Source: Entomortierella parvispora E1425 (lineage: Eukaryota; Fungi; Mortierellomycota). From it: 64,000 bases of DNA. A model generated the notes under the pieces. It searched no databases. It was not told the origin of the DNA and worked only from the letters and a program-made list of their open reading frames with translations. The stretch spans positions 868,001-932,000 of the forward strand of contig BQFW01000010.1 of the NCBI GenBank assembly GCA_020891255.1, read 5' to 3'. Positions 23,726 to 36,075 of this stretch are shown here, piece by piece; position 1 is the first letter of the stretch; each line of letters starts with the position of its first letter. The translations under genes and the position numbers were made by a program.

Positions 23726-24439
23726 TCACAGGCGAGCACGCGAAGAGTTTTCACCCATCTCGATATCTTGGTACTCGTCCTTGTCATTGTGTTCCCGTTC
23801 CTGTTGTGTCGCGCTTGAGTTCTTGTCACCCAGCCTCAAATGTTTCCGAGCCCATGCTGACTCTGCAAGACACAGTCGCCAAAACACAAGCATCTCGATG
23901 AGGACCACCACTCCAGTGATAACGATCAAAATGGTCCTTGCTTGCAATTCGCCGCAGTATTTGTGAATCGTTCCATCCTTGACCGCTTTGTCGTCCACTT
24001 TGGAAATCACAGTTTCCATGATGGACTCGAAGGGTCCCCAGCAGACCACGGTTGGATCCGCGTGGATCATCTTGACGATCTCGAGAAGGTCTTGCATCGT
24101 CGCCTTTGGTGACTTCAAGAAGCTGCTGGCGGAATAATCGTGATAGGCCTTGATAGCCTGCTGGGTATCGTGCAGTTCCAAGCTGGGCGCAATCAGAGCC
24201 ACGGCAAATGCTTTCAGTCGCGCAATAATCAGAAAGGTGCGAGACAGCCTAAATCTGTTCAATGCTATGACGCTGTAGAGGCCGAGGCCCCAAATATCTG
24301 CCCAAAAGACGGCAAAGAGAAAAATGGCGGCGGCTCCCAGTTTGGCGGCTCGGACGATATCAAGGATAAAGCAAATGCCAAACATGGCGATGAGCACATA
24401 GTCGATCCTTTGCATGACTTTCTCCCAAACGATCATCAT
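23726..24439 (-). CDS. Hypothetical membrane protein, about 4 TM helices
   Basis: 237-aa ORF with three N-terminal hydrophobic segments, one late TM (ILIVITGVVVLIEMLVFW) and a charged tail. Confidence 0.7.
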   Translation of the reverse strand: MMIVWEKVMQRIDYVLIAMFGICFILDIVRAAKLGAAAIFLFAVFWADIWGLGLYSVIALNRFRLSRTFLIIARLKAFAVALIAPSLELHDTQQAIKAYHDYSASSFLKSPKATMQDLLEIVKMIHADPTVVCWGPFESIMETVISKVDDKAVKDGTIHKYCGELQARTILIVITGVVVLIEMLVFWRLCLAESAWARKHLRLGDKNSSATQQEREHNDKDEYQDIEMGENSSRARL

Positions 24440-25229
24440 GGTGTATATTTTTTTTTATCGAGTGGAGGTCCTGGAGGAATGAGTGAAGTAGAAGCTGGTT
24501 TTGGAGGTAACTGGGTCGAAAGAGAGAAAGCGAGGGAAAATGGCAACGCTCCTCTTTTATATTCGTTTAACCACACATGACGACTGCCCACAGTTCTCTC
24601 ATATTGTTACCGGTTTACTCGTCAGTGTCGAGATGTGGTTCTGGGGCTAATTTATGTACTTGTGCACGGTGTCTGCGTCCCGAGCGAATTTATTCGTTGA
24701 AAGGGCTTTCCAGGGCGGATTGCTCATTTGTCGCCGAGTTTTGCTCTGCCGCTTCGCCCTGTGGTTACTGCATGAAATATTGCGCATTGTTCGCTTCGTA
24801 TCTTTATTCACCTTCCGTTGTTTGTTTTTCTTTGTGTGTTTTCTTTTTCTTTTTTTTTGTTTTCTGTGCACATCTATTTGTGATCTTGTGGGCACTGGGT
24901 GAATGAGGTTCTTTGACAAGTCGGCGAGACCCCATGAAAATGCAATGGGCTGCACTCAAACAACCCCAAACAACTGGTACACCCCTTGGATACTCCCGCT
25001 GTCGCAGCGGGAAATCCTCCGAAAACCAAGAGCGTGTCAGGAATCTTCTTGAGGCTCCACTGTTTGCTCGCAAGAACAAAAGTTCGAATTATTATGTCGT
25101 TGCCACTGAAAATAAAATTCCTTCGATAATTTAAACAAGGTATTTGCCTTCAGTCACACTCCAAGTCGCGTGAGAAAGTTATGTTTTCATCGTCCATGCG
25201 TCCATCCATCCATCCGTCAGGCAAATGCA

Positions 25230-27461
25230 ATGCAAATGCAACGGCACCTATCCCCTATCGAGATCCCCCTCGTGGTCGATATCATCTGTCCTTTTCTTGA
25301 ATCGCCGGATATCGCTCACTGCTGTCTTGTAAGTCAAACTTGGAATGTCGCGTTCACGCCCTTCCTTTGGCAGTCAGTGATCGTTCGGCGCAGATATGTC
25401 CTGCGCCGTTGGTGGCTCCCTCGGAGGCTATCGCGTCATCGCACAGGGAGTCCACCGTCTTTATCCTCATCTATTCGCGTACCGACACTGCTCGAGAGGC
25501 TGCTGGAAAATGCAAACGCGCATCATGTCCGGTCTTTAACGGTCTACTACGCTTCCGTGATTGAGGAATTGGAAGAAAAGCTCCGCAGTCTTTCCTTTGG
25601 CGAGCAAGGACAGGGGCCACTCTTGAGCCGGAATCACTTCTCGAACTTGACCGTCTTGCGTTGCCTCAGCCTCCCTCACAAGTCTGTGAACATACAACAG
25701 AACATGGCCTTAACGACACCCGTGACCTTGTTTTTGGAGCAATGGGGCCATCATCTGAAGGTCTTGGAGATTGGATTCTTTGACTGGGAGGACAACCCTG
25801 GCTCCCTGAGATTGATGACCTTCCTTCAAAACCATCTTCGTCTTAGAGAGTTCACACTCAGGGCACCTCTTCAAATCACAAGCAATAAGTTCCGCGGCCT
25901 CTTAATGAGCCTTACATGCTCGACATTGGCTCCGGTGGAGAAGGTCAAGCTGTCCGTCTCTGTTTTTTTCGATGCCCTGGAATCCTGGCATACCCAACTC
26001 TTTCCCGACATCCCTAGGTTTGAATTCACCGAGGAATGTTCTGCGGCACCGATAAAAAGACCGTCGGGCTTGATCACAGATTTGGATATTTCAGACGTCG
26101 AAGGAAGAGAGATACACACCACCATTTTGCCGTATTTCCTGAAGGAATTTTGTCCCAAACTCAAGCGACTGGCTCTACCTATCGTCTCTATGGATAGCGT
26201 TCCGACTTTGTGTGATACGATAACGACTGGATTGCCCGACTTAAGGCATTTGAACCTTTCTGAGGCTAGGACAACGGACTCTGAAACGGCCAGTATCCTG
26301 ACAGCCTGCGGGAAACCTCTTGACTTTGAGCAGCAGGATGAGGAATCTTCTGCTGGTTACTTGGAGGCGCGAAGGCTGGAGTCTTTTAAAGCACCGTCCC
26401 GTAATTCAAGGATAGGTTCAGATACTGTCGAAGCCTTGGTGAACCACCACTCTAAGACTCTTCAAGATATTGATTTGTCGCAATGCTTTGCCGTCTCTGG
26501 CAATATGATCAAGACCATCCTCCAAGCCTGTGCTCGACTTGTTCGGTTCGACACCCTGCACAAAAAGTCTCCGGAGCTGGATTATATAGAGAAGTACCTG
26601 ATGACATCATCTAAAGCTGCCTCAAGGGACCCCTTTGTTCATTTCAAAGAGCCGGAACATGGTGAACCTCCATCTGAGAAGGCTGACGGCAACATGTCTC
26701 CAGCCGAGCCTTCTATTCTCACGACTCTACCGACTTCATTGGAGGCAGGATGGGCATGCTCCCAAACGCTGAGGATTCTCTCACTTCAGTACTTAGAGAC
26801 GAGTTCTGAAGTTTTCCCATTGATCCTTTCCGAGCAGCTCTCAAGGCTCGTTCAATTAGAGGAGTTAAGACTTCGGAGACGAGCTCTCCTGGCGTCCTCT
26901 CGTCCCCTACGATCGCCTGGCGCCTCTCTGTTCTTGGGTCAAACAAGCGAGGCAGCAGCACCAGCTGCAGTAGCCGATCCTGGCGTTTGTAAAGATAATA
27001 AGGCAACGATATTGAATGTGGTTGAACAAACTTCGGTCTTTACGACAACATCGGCAGTATTAGCAGCAACAACATCAACAACAGTGGCGGCAACAGCAAT
27101 TGCTACGACGGTGGCAGCCATGGATCCTGCTGGCTCAAATCATAGGGTGACACTGCTCGAGATGTTTTCAAAACCAAAACCAAAATCACCTCTCTGCCTT
27201 AACGTCGAGAGACGACAACAAGCTCAGAAGCGCCTTCAAATCGCACGTCGGGAGAGATTCAAGGCTATGGATATGGACATGGATCCGATTGTGATGGCCA
27301 AAAGACTGAACATGACCCAGGGCTGGGACCCGATACTAAAATCTCTCAAGAAGCTGCGAGTCGTAGAGTTGACCAGCATGAGACTCTACATTGACAAGAA
27401 CCTACATCTGCGACTGAAAGAGTCGTTGCCCTTATTGCAAAAGTTGACATACTTTGAATAA
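25230..27461 (+). CDS. F-box / RNI-like LRR protein (intronless)
   Basis: F-box-like SPIEIPLVVDIICPFLESPDIAHCCLVSQTWNVAFTPFLW followed by LxxLxL repeats. Confidence 0.85.
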   Translation: MQMQRHLSPIEIPLVVDIICPFLESPDIAHCCLVSQTWNVAFTPFLWQSVIVRRRYVLRRWWLPRRLSRHRTGSPPSLSSSIRVPTLLERLLENANAHHVRSLTVYYASVIEELEEKLRSLSFGEQGQGPLLSRNHFSNLTVLRCLSLPHKSVNIQQNMALTTPVTLFLEQWGHHLKVLEIGFFDWEDNPGSLRLMTFLQNHLRLREFTLRAPLQITSNKFRGLLMSLTCSTLAPVEKVKLSVSVFFDALESWHTQLFPDIPRFEFTEECSAAPIKRPSGLITDLDISDVEGREIHTTILPYFLKEFCPKLKRLALPIVSMDSVPTLCDTITTGLPDLRHLNLSEARTTDSETASILTACGKPLDFEQQDEESSAGYLEARRLESFKAPSRNSRIGSDTVEALVNHHSKTLQDIDLSQCFAVSGNMIKTILQACARLVRFDTLHKKSPELDYIEKYLMTSSKAASRDPFVHFKEPEHGEPPSEKADGNMSPAEPSILTTLPTSLEAGWACSQTLRILSLQYLETSSEVFPLILSEQLSRLVQLEELRLRRRALLASSRPLRSPGASLFLGQTSEAAAPAAVADPGVCKDNKATILNVVEQTSVFTTTSAVLAATTSTTVAATAIATTVAAMDPAGSNHRVTLLEMFSKPKPKSPLCLNVERRQQAQKRLQIARRERFKAMDMDMDPIVMAKRLNMTQGWDPILKSLKKLRVVELTSMRLYIDKNLHLRLKESLPLLQKLTYFE

Positions 27462-27510
27462 AGTGTTGTTTTTTTGTTCTTTTTTTTTTTTTTAATTATT
27501 ATACTATGGA

Positions 27511-30154
27511 TTATAGATTGACCATTTCAATCCCATGGTTTTTGTATCCTCCGCCTGCTCCTCGGGATGCGGACGCAGAAGAAGACGGGATCGGTGCTGA
27601 GAGAGACATGGTCGAGGAGGTTGCCGTTGCAGGTGAGGAAGAACCCGTGACTAAGCCCGCGCTAGACTTTTTACGGCCTCCATTTGGAGCGCCTGTCCCT
27701 GGCAAGGGCTGGGACAACTGCCTCAACGGTTGAGGTATACCAGAGCTGGAAGGAGGGCTAGCTTGGACTGAAATGATGGATGAGTTTGTGAGTGTAGTCG
27801 AGAGAGATAATGACGACATCTGACTCTGATGCTGCTGCAGCCGTTGTTGAGGATGTTGGGTAGAGGGCGAATTTGAAGTTCGAGTAGATGGATTGGTGGC
27901 AGGAGAGGCTGGTGTCGTTGTTGCTGCTGTTGACGCAGCAGAGCGAAGCGAACTGATAGAGGGTCTTGACGTTACACTGTTCCTTTTTCCGGGCTTGTGG
28001 GAAGAGCGATGGAACGATGGTAGATGGAACCCTCCACTTAAAGGCGAGGTCGGCGAAGTTGGCGAAGTTGGCGATTGCGGCGGGGGCGAAGTAGTTCTAT
28101 CTCTTGACGAAGAGGAGGAGGTCTCCTCTCGTGGGGTCCGGCCGCCAAAGACAGACTCTCGGATCTGGCTAGGACTAGGACCTGTAGGTAACAGGCTGAA
28201 ATGATGGCTGCCGATACTGTAACTATCGCTGGTAGGGGACATGGTCGGGGAACTAGAGCCGTATTGGTTTCTGCCATGGGCATCGCCGTAGCTCAACCCA
28301 TAGTTCAAACTGAGAGGCGCTGGCAAGGGCCTGGGTGGAGGAGTAAGGGAAGCCGGGGCCTTGAGAGAATCTCGATCACTTTCGTAACCCTTGGCCGAAC
28401 CGCCTGCACCCCCTCTTGCCAAGGTAGCGGCATGCATTGTCAGCTCTTCTGATCCTATCCCTTCGTAAAAACTGTCGTGCGCTTTCTCCATCGAGTGCTT
28501 GTCACTTTTGTCACTCACTACAGAGTGGAGCGTGCTCAAGTCATTGGAGCTAACTTGGGATAAGCACGCTTCTGGATCCGAGGACATATATCGCCCTCCT
28601 TTTGAGGAATCGAGTGGCCCGACAGCGTTACTGCTGATGCCTCCTGAGTGACTCTGGCTGTTGCTACCTTTGTGGGCTGAGGCTTTCGTGCCAGTGGCGG
28701 GACCGAGCCGTCCACTAGAGGGGTGAGGGCTGCATGTTGTCGTCGTGGAGGTATTATTGTTGATCCCGCGCCTCCGGTTCTTGATCGACTGGACCGTAAT
28801 CAAGATCATGATTACAAAGTATGCGACCGCGATGGCGCAAGTCCAAAAAAAGCCCATGGCTCTGGGTAAGTTGGGCTGTTGCATGGTCAAGATCTTGTCA
28901 TGGAACAGGACCCAAATTAAGCACAAAAATCCCGCAAGGATCATCACCGCAGAGCCGCCAAAGCCTGTAATCTGCAGCTGGATGAACAAGAACCTGGCAG
29001 GTGACCTCGAGATCAAGTTGCCGATACCAAACGCCGCTCGAGGAGCCTTGAGCGCCTGTTCAGCAATTATGATGTTGGCCCGAAGGATGAACGTGTACTT
29101 GAGTCCATAATAAAAGAACATGACTGCCAACGAGAAATGGATCAAGGCCCAGTTGGAGTACTGAGCCAGGATCAAAATCCGAGCCTTGTCGGGTTGGTTT
29201 ACGTCATGCATCGCGCCCGAGGCAATTCCAATTCCGGCACCGATCAAAGGATAGATAGCGCCAGTGGCCAGCATACAGTTTTTTTGAAACGTCGTAGGCG
29301 TGAGGACGTGAATGGGACGCAGAGGCTTGGCTCCGTAACTGGTCTCGGGTTGGTATACGGCAAAGATACCCTCGCGCGTCGTCACCGGCATGGCGTAGAG
29401 AAGACCAACAAAATAGGTCGAGAATGCAAAAGACACCATCACCCTAATGATAACAAGAGAGGACGCTAGTTAATGCCTCTGAGGGCTTAGTATCGGATGA
29501 CAAACGTGCAAATAAAGGACATACCAATACATCTGTTCAATGGCCACACGAAGCCACCACGAGTCTCGAAGGACATCAAAGACCAGTATGAGGTTGGCGG
29601 GCACTTTGATGAAGCAAGCGATGCATACAAAGAAGATGATACAATCCATCTGCAACAACGGTTGAAAAAACAGGCGCGTGTTAGCAAGCAGCTGAGGTCA
29701 AATCTGTAGGCACTTCTTTTTTTCCTCGAGCTTTCTATCTTACTGGCTTGGGTCGAATCCCAGTTCCGACCATGCTGAACAACTCAGTGACGACCTTGCG
29801 GTTCCATCCGCGGTTTCGATAGACCAACAACAGCATACAGAACGTCCCCATCACCGCATGCAGGATCGCAGAGGTGACTAGCATCCATCGGACAAATTCA
29901 TAGTCACGACAGTCGAATGCTTCACGTGTCCAGTCGCAGAGATGTGGTAGACTCGGGTCCAAGGTCAGCAAAGAATCCTTTTCAGATATACTTTGGTGTA
30001 AGAAAGGCGGTGTCTTAAAAGAAGGGACGGAGGTCGATGAGGGTATTGATGGTGCGGTGCTTGTCGCTGTGGCATATTGGAGAAGGAAGGCGGTGATGTT
30101 GACCATTGGAGGGGCCAAGGGAGTGGAGATAAGGGTCGAGGGGGCGGAGCTCAT
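27511..30154 (-). CDS. Seven-TM, GPCR-like membrane protein with a long S/P-rich C-tail; exons 30154-29744, 29649-29525, 29443-27511
   Basis: Two GT-AG introns splice in frame (RPKP|MDCIIF; QMYW|VMVSF). Seven hydrophobic segments counted; S/T/P-rich N-terminus with CDWTREAFDC. Confidence 0.75.
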
Positions 30155-33100
30155 TTGTGTGGGGTTATATATCCAGATTGGCAACCTTGAGAACTAATGT
30201 ACAGGGTTCGAATGAATGAAGACGTGATCAGAGATGAAGGAGAGATACAAGGTATGTGCACAAGAGTATATGGTTCCCTATCTATAACTCGCTCCTCTTT
30301 CTTCTCCACTCTCGCACGAGCAAAGGAGAAAAAGAGCGCGTATCTGACGAAGGAATGTTGTATGGATGGGAGTATGCGACTGAATGAGAGCTGTGGCCAA
30401 GGATGTGAAAGAGTCGCAATGATGGAGGGCAAAAAAGTGGGGGCTGGAAGCACAGGAGCACAAAGAGGACAGAGTGTCTACCTGTTGTGCTTGCGTACAT
30501 GTACTGCATGACCCACATGTTCTTCAAGCAAAGAAGAGAGATAGAAGCTCCAGTGCATTGCACTTCGAGGGTGAGTACCAGCAGCATGTGCACCTGTCAT
30601 CAAGGTATGGTTCTGTGCAAACGTGTGGGTACACTCTTTGATGTAGTTACAGTGCCTTTTGGCATGCGATTGCTCTCTTTGGTCGACTTATTTTTTCTCA
30701 TTCCTAAACACGGCGGGAAGGGGCGGAGACTCAAAGACGTTCTCGCACGAAGAAACGCGTCCCCCTCGTGTTCATGCCGAGAGAACACGTTGCAGTGGAT
30801 CAAGAGGAGGAGAATTACCTATATACAATTGTCAAGAGTATGACGGGATAGTATGCTGTGTGGACTGGATTACAACAACAAAAAATGGCGCCCGCAGGGA
30901 AAATAAGGTCCTGTCTGAGAACAGATCAGGCGAGGAATGGGAATGAGCAAGTGGAATGGAGGAACAAGTGAAATGGAGGAACCGAAGGCGGAACGAGAGA
31001 ACAGCTGCAGCAGGAAGACAAGGCGAGAAGAGGAGAGTTGAGAGGAGTGGAGAGGAGGGGGATCGTCGTTGCTGCCGTCAATGAAGAGATGTGCGCGTGC
31101 AAAGGGCAGAGGCCAGAAGTCACCAAGAAAGCGAAGGAGAGGGGCGGACGGACGGGGGGAATGGGCCCACGTCTGGTGCTTTTAAGTGGCCCGTCCTTGG
31201 TTGTTGCTCCACATCTGTCCCCACTTGCTGACTTCTTTGCGCTGGCTCGACCCACACACACGACAGCGATGATAACAACAAGCAACAGCAGCCATCCGCC
31301 CCCTCCGACCAGAAGCAAAGCGCTATCATGCGCCAACAAACAAACGCGGCCAAGAGGTTTGGCTCGGCTTCGCACACGGGCAGCAACTTTGTCGAGGAAC
31401 ACAAGGAACAAAAAAAACTCCGCGTCCTTTTTTCATTTTCCCTCTCCCCTCGCCCTTGGTTTGCTCTTTGCCCTCGTTGCTGCACCTTGGTCGTTTTTCT
31501 GCATGGCCTTCAAAGAGAGAGATACTTCCTTTGTCCTTCTCTTGAGGAAGCCTCATAGATTCTCACTCGATCTCATTGACGAAAGCTCATTTTCTCTTGG
31601 GAGAGAAAAGGAGGGTTAAAGGTTAGTCATTGTTTTTTTTGTTGTCTGCCGTTCTGCTTGGAGGGCGCAGGGATGTGGGTGCGGAAATAAGGGTATTTGT
31701 GGGGAGTGTTTGAACAACAGCTGGTCTTAGCCATTTGTTGACTCTGCCTGGATTGTTGTTGTTTGTTCAAGTTCAGAATATCAAAGGTGTAAAGTGTCAG
31801 CATCGGAGCTTCTTTCCGTCACTGATCTAGGTCTATTCCCTCTCACTCTTTACAGTTGGTAATTGACGTCCTGGGAATGAGGGGACGACTTCAATAAAAA
31901 GCTCCACATTCAAGTCGTCCAAGACGGTGCTCAAGAGAGGCGGAACTGTCATAGAAGCAAAGCAATTGCTCTGCATCCATGCATCTATCGTCTATGCATC
32001 TCTTATCGTCCGCTCTCTTTCCTTCTGTCTTCTGAGCCGGCTCTCGTTGTTTGTGCTTGGTCTTGGACAGCCCTCAACCCCAAATATTTCTCTCCTGTGG
32101 TCTGCAAGCTTGGTGAGAGCACCGCGGTGGGCCGTCTTCACCAGAGACATGAACACACTCTTGGGCAACAACCTGTCTTTTTAGAGGGAAAACTTGCACC
32201 CTCGTGAAAAGGAGAAAACTATTGTCGACAAGCCCTTTACAATACACGCATTGACCTCTGGCGAGAAAAAGAGAATAATAAAGAAGCCAACTTTCTGTAT
32301 GACACTGCCCTCTGTTGTCGCCGAAGGTGAACAATTGCGGATGAATAACATCAATAGCAAAGAAGAGTCGAGGAGATGATCACCAGTGGCGCCATGTCCG
32401 ACCAGCGCAAATCAAAACAAAGGGGTTTTATTTGCCTTGGTTCATGCTGAAGAACAGTCGATTGGGATTAAGCATCATCTATTGGGTTGTACAGTACAAA
32501 GGACACCCCTCTTGCTCCACACTGGTCCAACACCGACATCAAAGACCGCCGCATCGTAACGGGCACCAAGGTGTCCAGCCTAGCAGGAGTGGTGCTGGCT
32601 AGTTCATATATCACCCCTTTTTTGCCATCGGCTATGCTGAGGTGCTTTTTTCTCCCCTTGCTCGTGTCCAGTTGTGCTGACAGAGAGCACAACACTAAGG
32701 AAACACATGATTAAGGATGATGTGTGGGGTGAGATCGGAGCAACTGAAAGAGCTGCTAGTCAATATTGTTCTCCACACTTGAGTCCTAGGGACAGGGGAC
32801 ACAATCTCAATGCTACTTGAGCAAGCCCAATTGCCTAACTGTCCGATATCCAGATAGCCTCCGATGTTGTCTCTCTAAAGCCCTTTTTTTCCCGGTGTCA
32901 AATATTGCTAGGCAAGGTTTTTTTTTGTTGTACCTCAGTTGCGTATGCGGTTCTTGTTGGGGTTAAGGTAACCGGAGCTGTGTCAAGGATTCTGGGCGCA
33001 GAATAGGCTGGGCACATTGAAAGCAACCGATAAAGGACAGAGTCATCCTTTCGTGAATCTTGTGTGGTGCGTGCGTTGGGGTTCAGTCTTTGGTGGGAGA

Positions 33101-33814
33101 GCGCGCTTCGGTATAGAGCGAGCTCGTAGGAAACTCGATCAGAGAGCGTCCAAGAAAGCTGGACTTTCATTTCTAGAATTGACGTCTAATTTGCGGTGTT
33201 GGCCTGCGTATGTTTTAGGAAGGAGGACCGTTTGCTCACTTTTTGCCTTCTGTGTCACCAGCCGAACTGCCCACTGGAGATTTCCTTTCGTCTTGCTGGC
33301 AAACAAACACAAGCTGGAACCGAAAGTAGGGCAAAAGGTGCACATGAGCATGTGAGTAGGGGTTCCACATGTGAGTCTTGGGTGGTGATGCTACCTGTAC
33401 CTCACAGAGCGGCGATATTTCACATCACCATCAGTCCACATGTGTGGGGTCCCCCCCCCCCACATAACTTTGTCTAACAACTAAGTGTGGGTGATGGGAC
33501 ACGAGGGCGAAGATATATATGATTATCCTTGGACATCTGGACTCCTAGCGCCGATATCATGACCAAGGATCTCTGCAGGCATGTTTCTCTAATCTGTGGA
33601 GGTTGCGGCGCGTGGCGCGTTGCGGCGTCTGGCGAGACTTGATTGCTGTTGCCGCAGCCCTCTGGTCCTCTGGTCCACAAGACGGGTTTTGGACAGTCAC
33701 GCAAACTGCGCCTTGCGCCCAGACCAGGTTGAGCAAATACAAAAAGTCCCTTTGCCTCCTTTCCCTGCTCCACCCATACCATGCCCTTTCATTCACCACG
33801 ACCCACGACCCACT

Positions 33815-35890
33815 ATGTACAACAGATCAAACAAACCATGGACGATCATAACCGTGGACGACCTTGCGATTGATTTCCAGCGCCTTCAGCCAAAGATCAC
33901 CAAAGATCAAGATACGGCTATCACACAATCCACGTCATCAGAGCCAGAACAAGCAGAGCCAGGACAACAACCAGAGTACTCCATTCAGGATGCACTACCA
34001 TTCATACTGTCTCATACTGCCATGTCACAGGCAATGAACGTACCGGAGATCACGTATTTGATTCGTCAAGAGCTCCATGGTGTCGATCTCAAGAGGTGCG
34101 TCCTGGTCCATTCCAGCTGGTGGAAATGTTTTGCTCCTTACCTGTGGGAGAGGGTCTTTATTGACTCGTATCCAGGAACAAGCGATCAAGGGGTCATATT
34201 TCGGAATGGACTTGCGGCCAGATCCTTGACTCTCTCCATCTATGACGAAGATGTCCTTCAAGCCATGGCAACAACAGATACGAACCAGGATCTCGGCCAT
34301 GGTTTGATCGCCTATGTTGCCGAGCGATGCCGCAATGTGACCACCCTCGACCTCAAGCTCTACTCCTCTCATTTGGCTATGAAGATGGAATCTGCTGGGC
34401 GTGATCCGGCATCCACACAAAGACAAGAGAAAGGAGAGGACCATCAAACCCCAGTTTTGGATGCACTGTTTCAAAAACTTACACATGTCACCGACCTATC
34501 GCTCTCCATAGTTCATGAGGACTTGGACCAGTCTGTGGTCAACAGTGTCCGCCATCTGCCACAACTCCGGAATCTGACTTTGCTCGGTGGGCTCCGCGGG
34601 AACGCGTCTTACATGATCAAGAAGAACCGGAGATGCCACTGGCCATCACTGGCCGGAATTCTCCAAAAATCTTGCCCTCTAATTGAGACCCTCTCTGTTG
34701 CCTGGGAATCACCATTGGCAACTTTGGCAGAAAAGGAGCTTCAGGATCAACAACAGGAGCGAGGGTCAGAGCCTTTATTGACTAGTCTTCGGGCCGTTGA
34801 TCTCTCGTATTGTCGATTTCAAGACGAGCATCAGCTCGATAACCTTTTCTGGGCCAGCCCCAACCTTCGTCGATTTACCTTGGATATGGTCTCGGATCCC
34901 AATGCCGTCCTCAATCACCAGCTTATCACCATGATCAAGGCCTGCCCGCGACTCGTATCGTTCCAGTGCCTCCGCCCTGTCCTCTCTGACACCCCAAAGG
35001 AATTTAACTTTTATTTTTTAAAGTCGTCCGACATCCAAGCCTTGTCCGACCTTGTTCTCTCTGGGTCTTCTATGAATGGATTCTTATGGGAGCTCATCAT
35101 CCAGAAGAAAGAAGGTGTTGACTCTGATTCTTATTACTGTGCTCTTCCGGCGATCAGGACTATGGAGCCGTCTTTCTTGACCAATTCCGTCACCAGCCTG
35201 ACGCTGAAGGATATCTCCGATATGTCGCCGATCTGGGCCACTCTCCAGGTCTTTCCTCGACTGGAGCGATTGACTTTGGATGGCCAGGGGAAATGGCAGA
35301 GCCGATGGCTTTATCACAATTTCGAATCAGGCACCAAACTCACAGACTCTTTGGGATTGCCGGAACAAAAGGTGCGCCTGTTGCAGTCGGAGGTGTCCAT
35401 GGCGCCAGCGTGTGCAGAGACGTTGCGGTTCTTGGATATGTCGAAATTGGAGTTTCACAATGACGAGGCATCTGGGATCTTTTCAAAGATTGTGGTCCAG
35501 AGGATGAAACGATTGAAGCATTTGCATCTGTCGACAGATCACATTCGGGCTGCGTTTTTGCAGAAGACTTGGTCCTATGAGCCGCTCACAGACAAGGGAA
35601 AATCTCGGAAACTACAAACAGAGACAGAGACCCTAGGGGATATCCTACTTGAAAAGGTCTTTGTTCATTTTGGAGCCGTGGAGTTCCTCTATATCCATCA
35701 TGTGGACTTTGGCGTTCAAAACACCTCCGGCCGCCTCTCGAGGCACGAGATCAGTGCCCTGACCCGAGCCATGCCCAACCTTCGCGTCCTAGCTTATGAC
35801 AGCTGCGTGCACATTGAAGACTTCCCGCTCGAGGAGTTTGCATGGATGACAATGATGTCGATGGAGTCCCTTAAGCTCAAGCTGCCTTGA
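33815..35890 (+). CDS. F-box / RNI-like LRR protein (intronless)
   Basis: AMNVPEITYLIRQEL...CVLVHSSWWKCFAPYLW F-box-like motif, then repeated LxxLxL. Confidence 0.85.
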   Translation: MYNRSNKPWTIITVDDLAIDFQRLQPKITKDQDTAITQSTSSEPEQAEPGQQPEYSIQDALPFILSHTAMSQAMNVPEITYLIRQELHGVDLKRCVLVHSSWWKCFAPYLWERVFIDSYPGTSDQGVIFRNGLAARSLTLSIYDEDVLQAMATTDTNQDLGHGLIAYVAERCRNVTTLDLKLYSSHLAMKMESAGRDPASTQRQEKGEDHQTPVLDALFQKLTHVTDLSLSIVHEDLDQSVVNSVRHLPQLRNLTLLGGLRGNASYMIKKNRRCHWPSLAGILQKSCPLIETLSVAWESPLATLAEKELQDQQQERGSEPLLTSLRAVDLSYCRFQDEHQLDNLFWASPNLRRFTLDMVSDPNAVLNHQLITMIKACPRLVSFQCLRPVLSDTPKEFNFYFLKSSDIQALSDLVLSGSSMNGFLWELIIQKKEGVDSDSYYCALPAIRTMEPSFLTNSVTSLTLKDISDMSPIWATLQVFPRLERLTLDGQGKWQSRWLYHNFESGTKLTDSLGLPEQKVRLLQSEVSMAPACAETLRFLDMSKLEFHNDEASGIFSKIVVQRMKRLKHLHLSTDHIRAAFLQKTWSYEPLTDKGKSRKLQTETETLGDILLEKVFVHFGAVEFLYIHHVDFGVQNTSGRLSRHEISALTRAMPNLRVLAYDSCVHIEDFPLEEFAWMTMMSMESLKLKLP

Positions 35891-36075
35891 AATTACCACC
35901 CTCAAGCCCTTCCAGACCCTAGTTGAATAAAAAAAAGCAAAATTTGCTCTTTTACCATCCAGTTCCTGTCAAAGCAACTTGATTTGAAGCAGGTATGTGG
36001 AGGGTATATTGTGGGGTAAAGTGTATCTTACTCAATATGTGCACTATAGATAATAGGTAGAGTACAAAGTCCATT

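Noticed and set aside
24994-25012. GC-rich hairpin TCCCGCTG-TCG-CAGCGGGA
   Set aside because: It is isolated, with no CTRR end or other element hallmark.
31900-33500. Short ORFs in the intergenic region
   Set aside because: No motifs, splice logic or codon bias support them.
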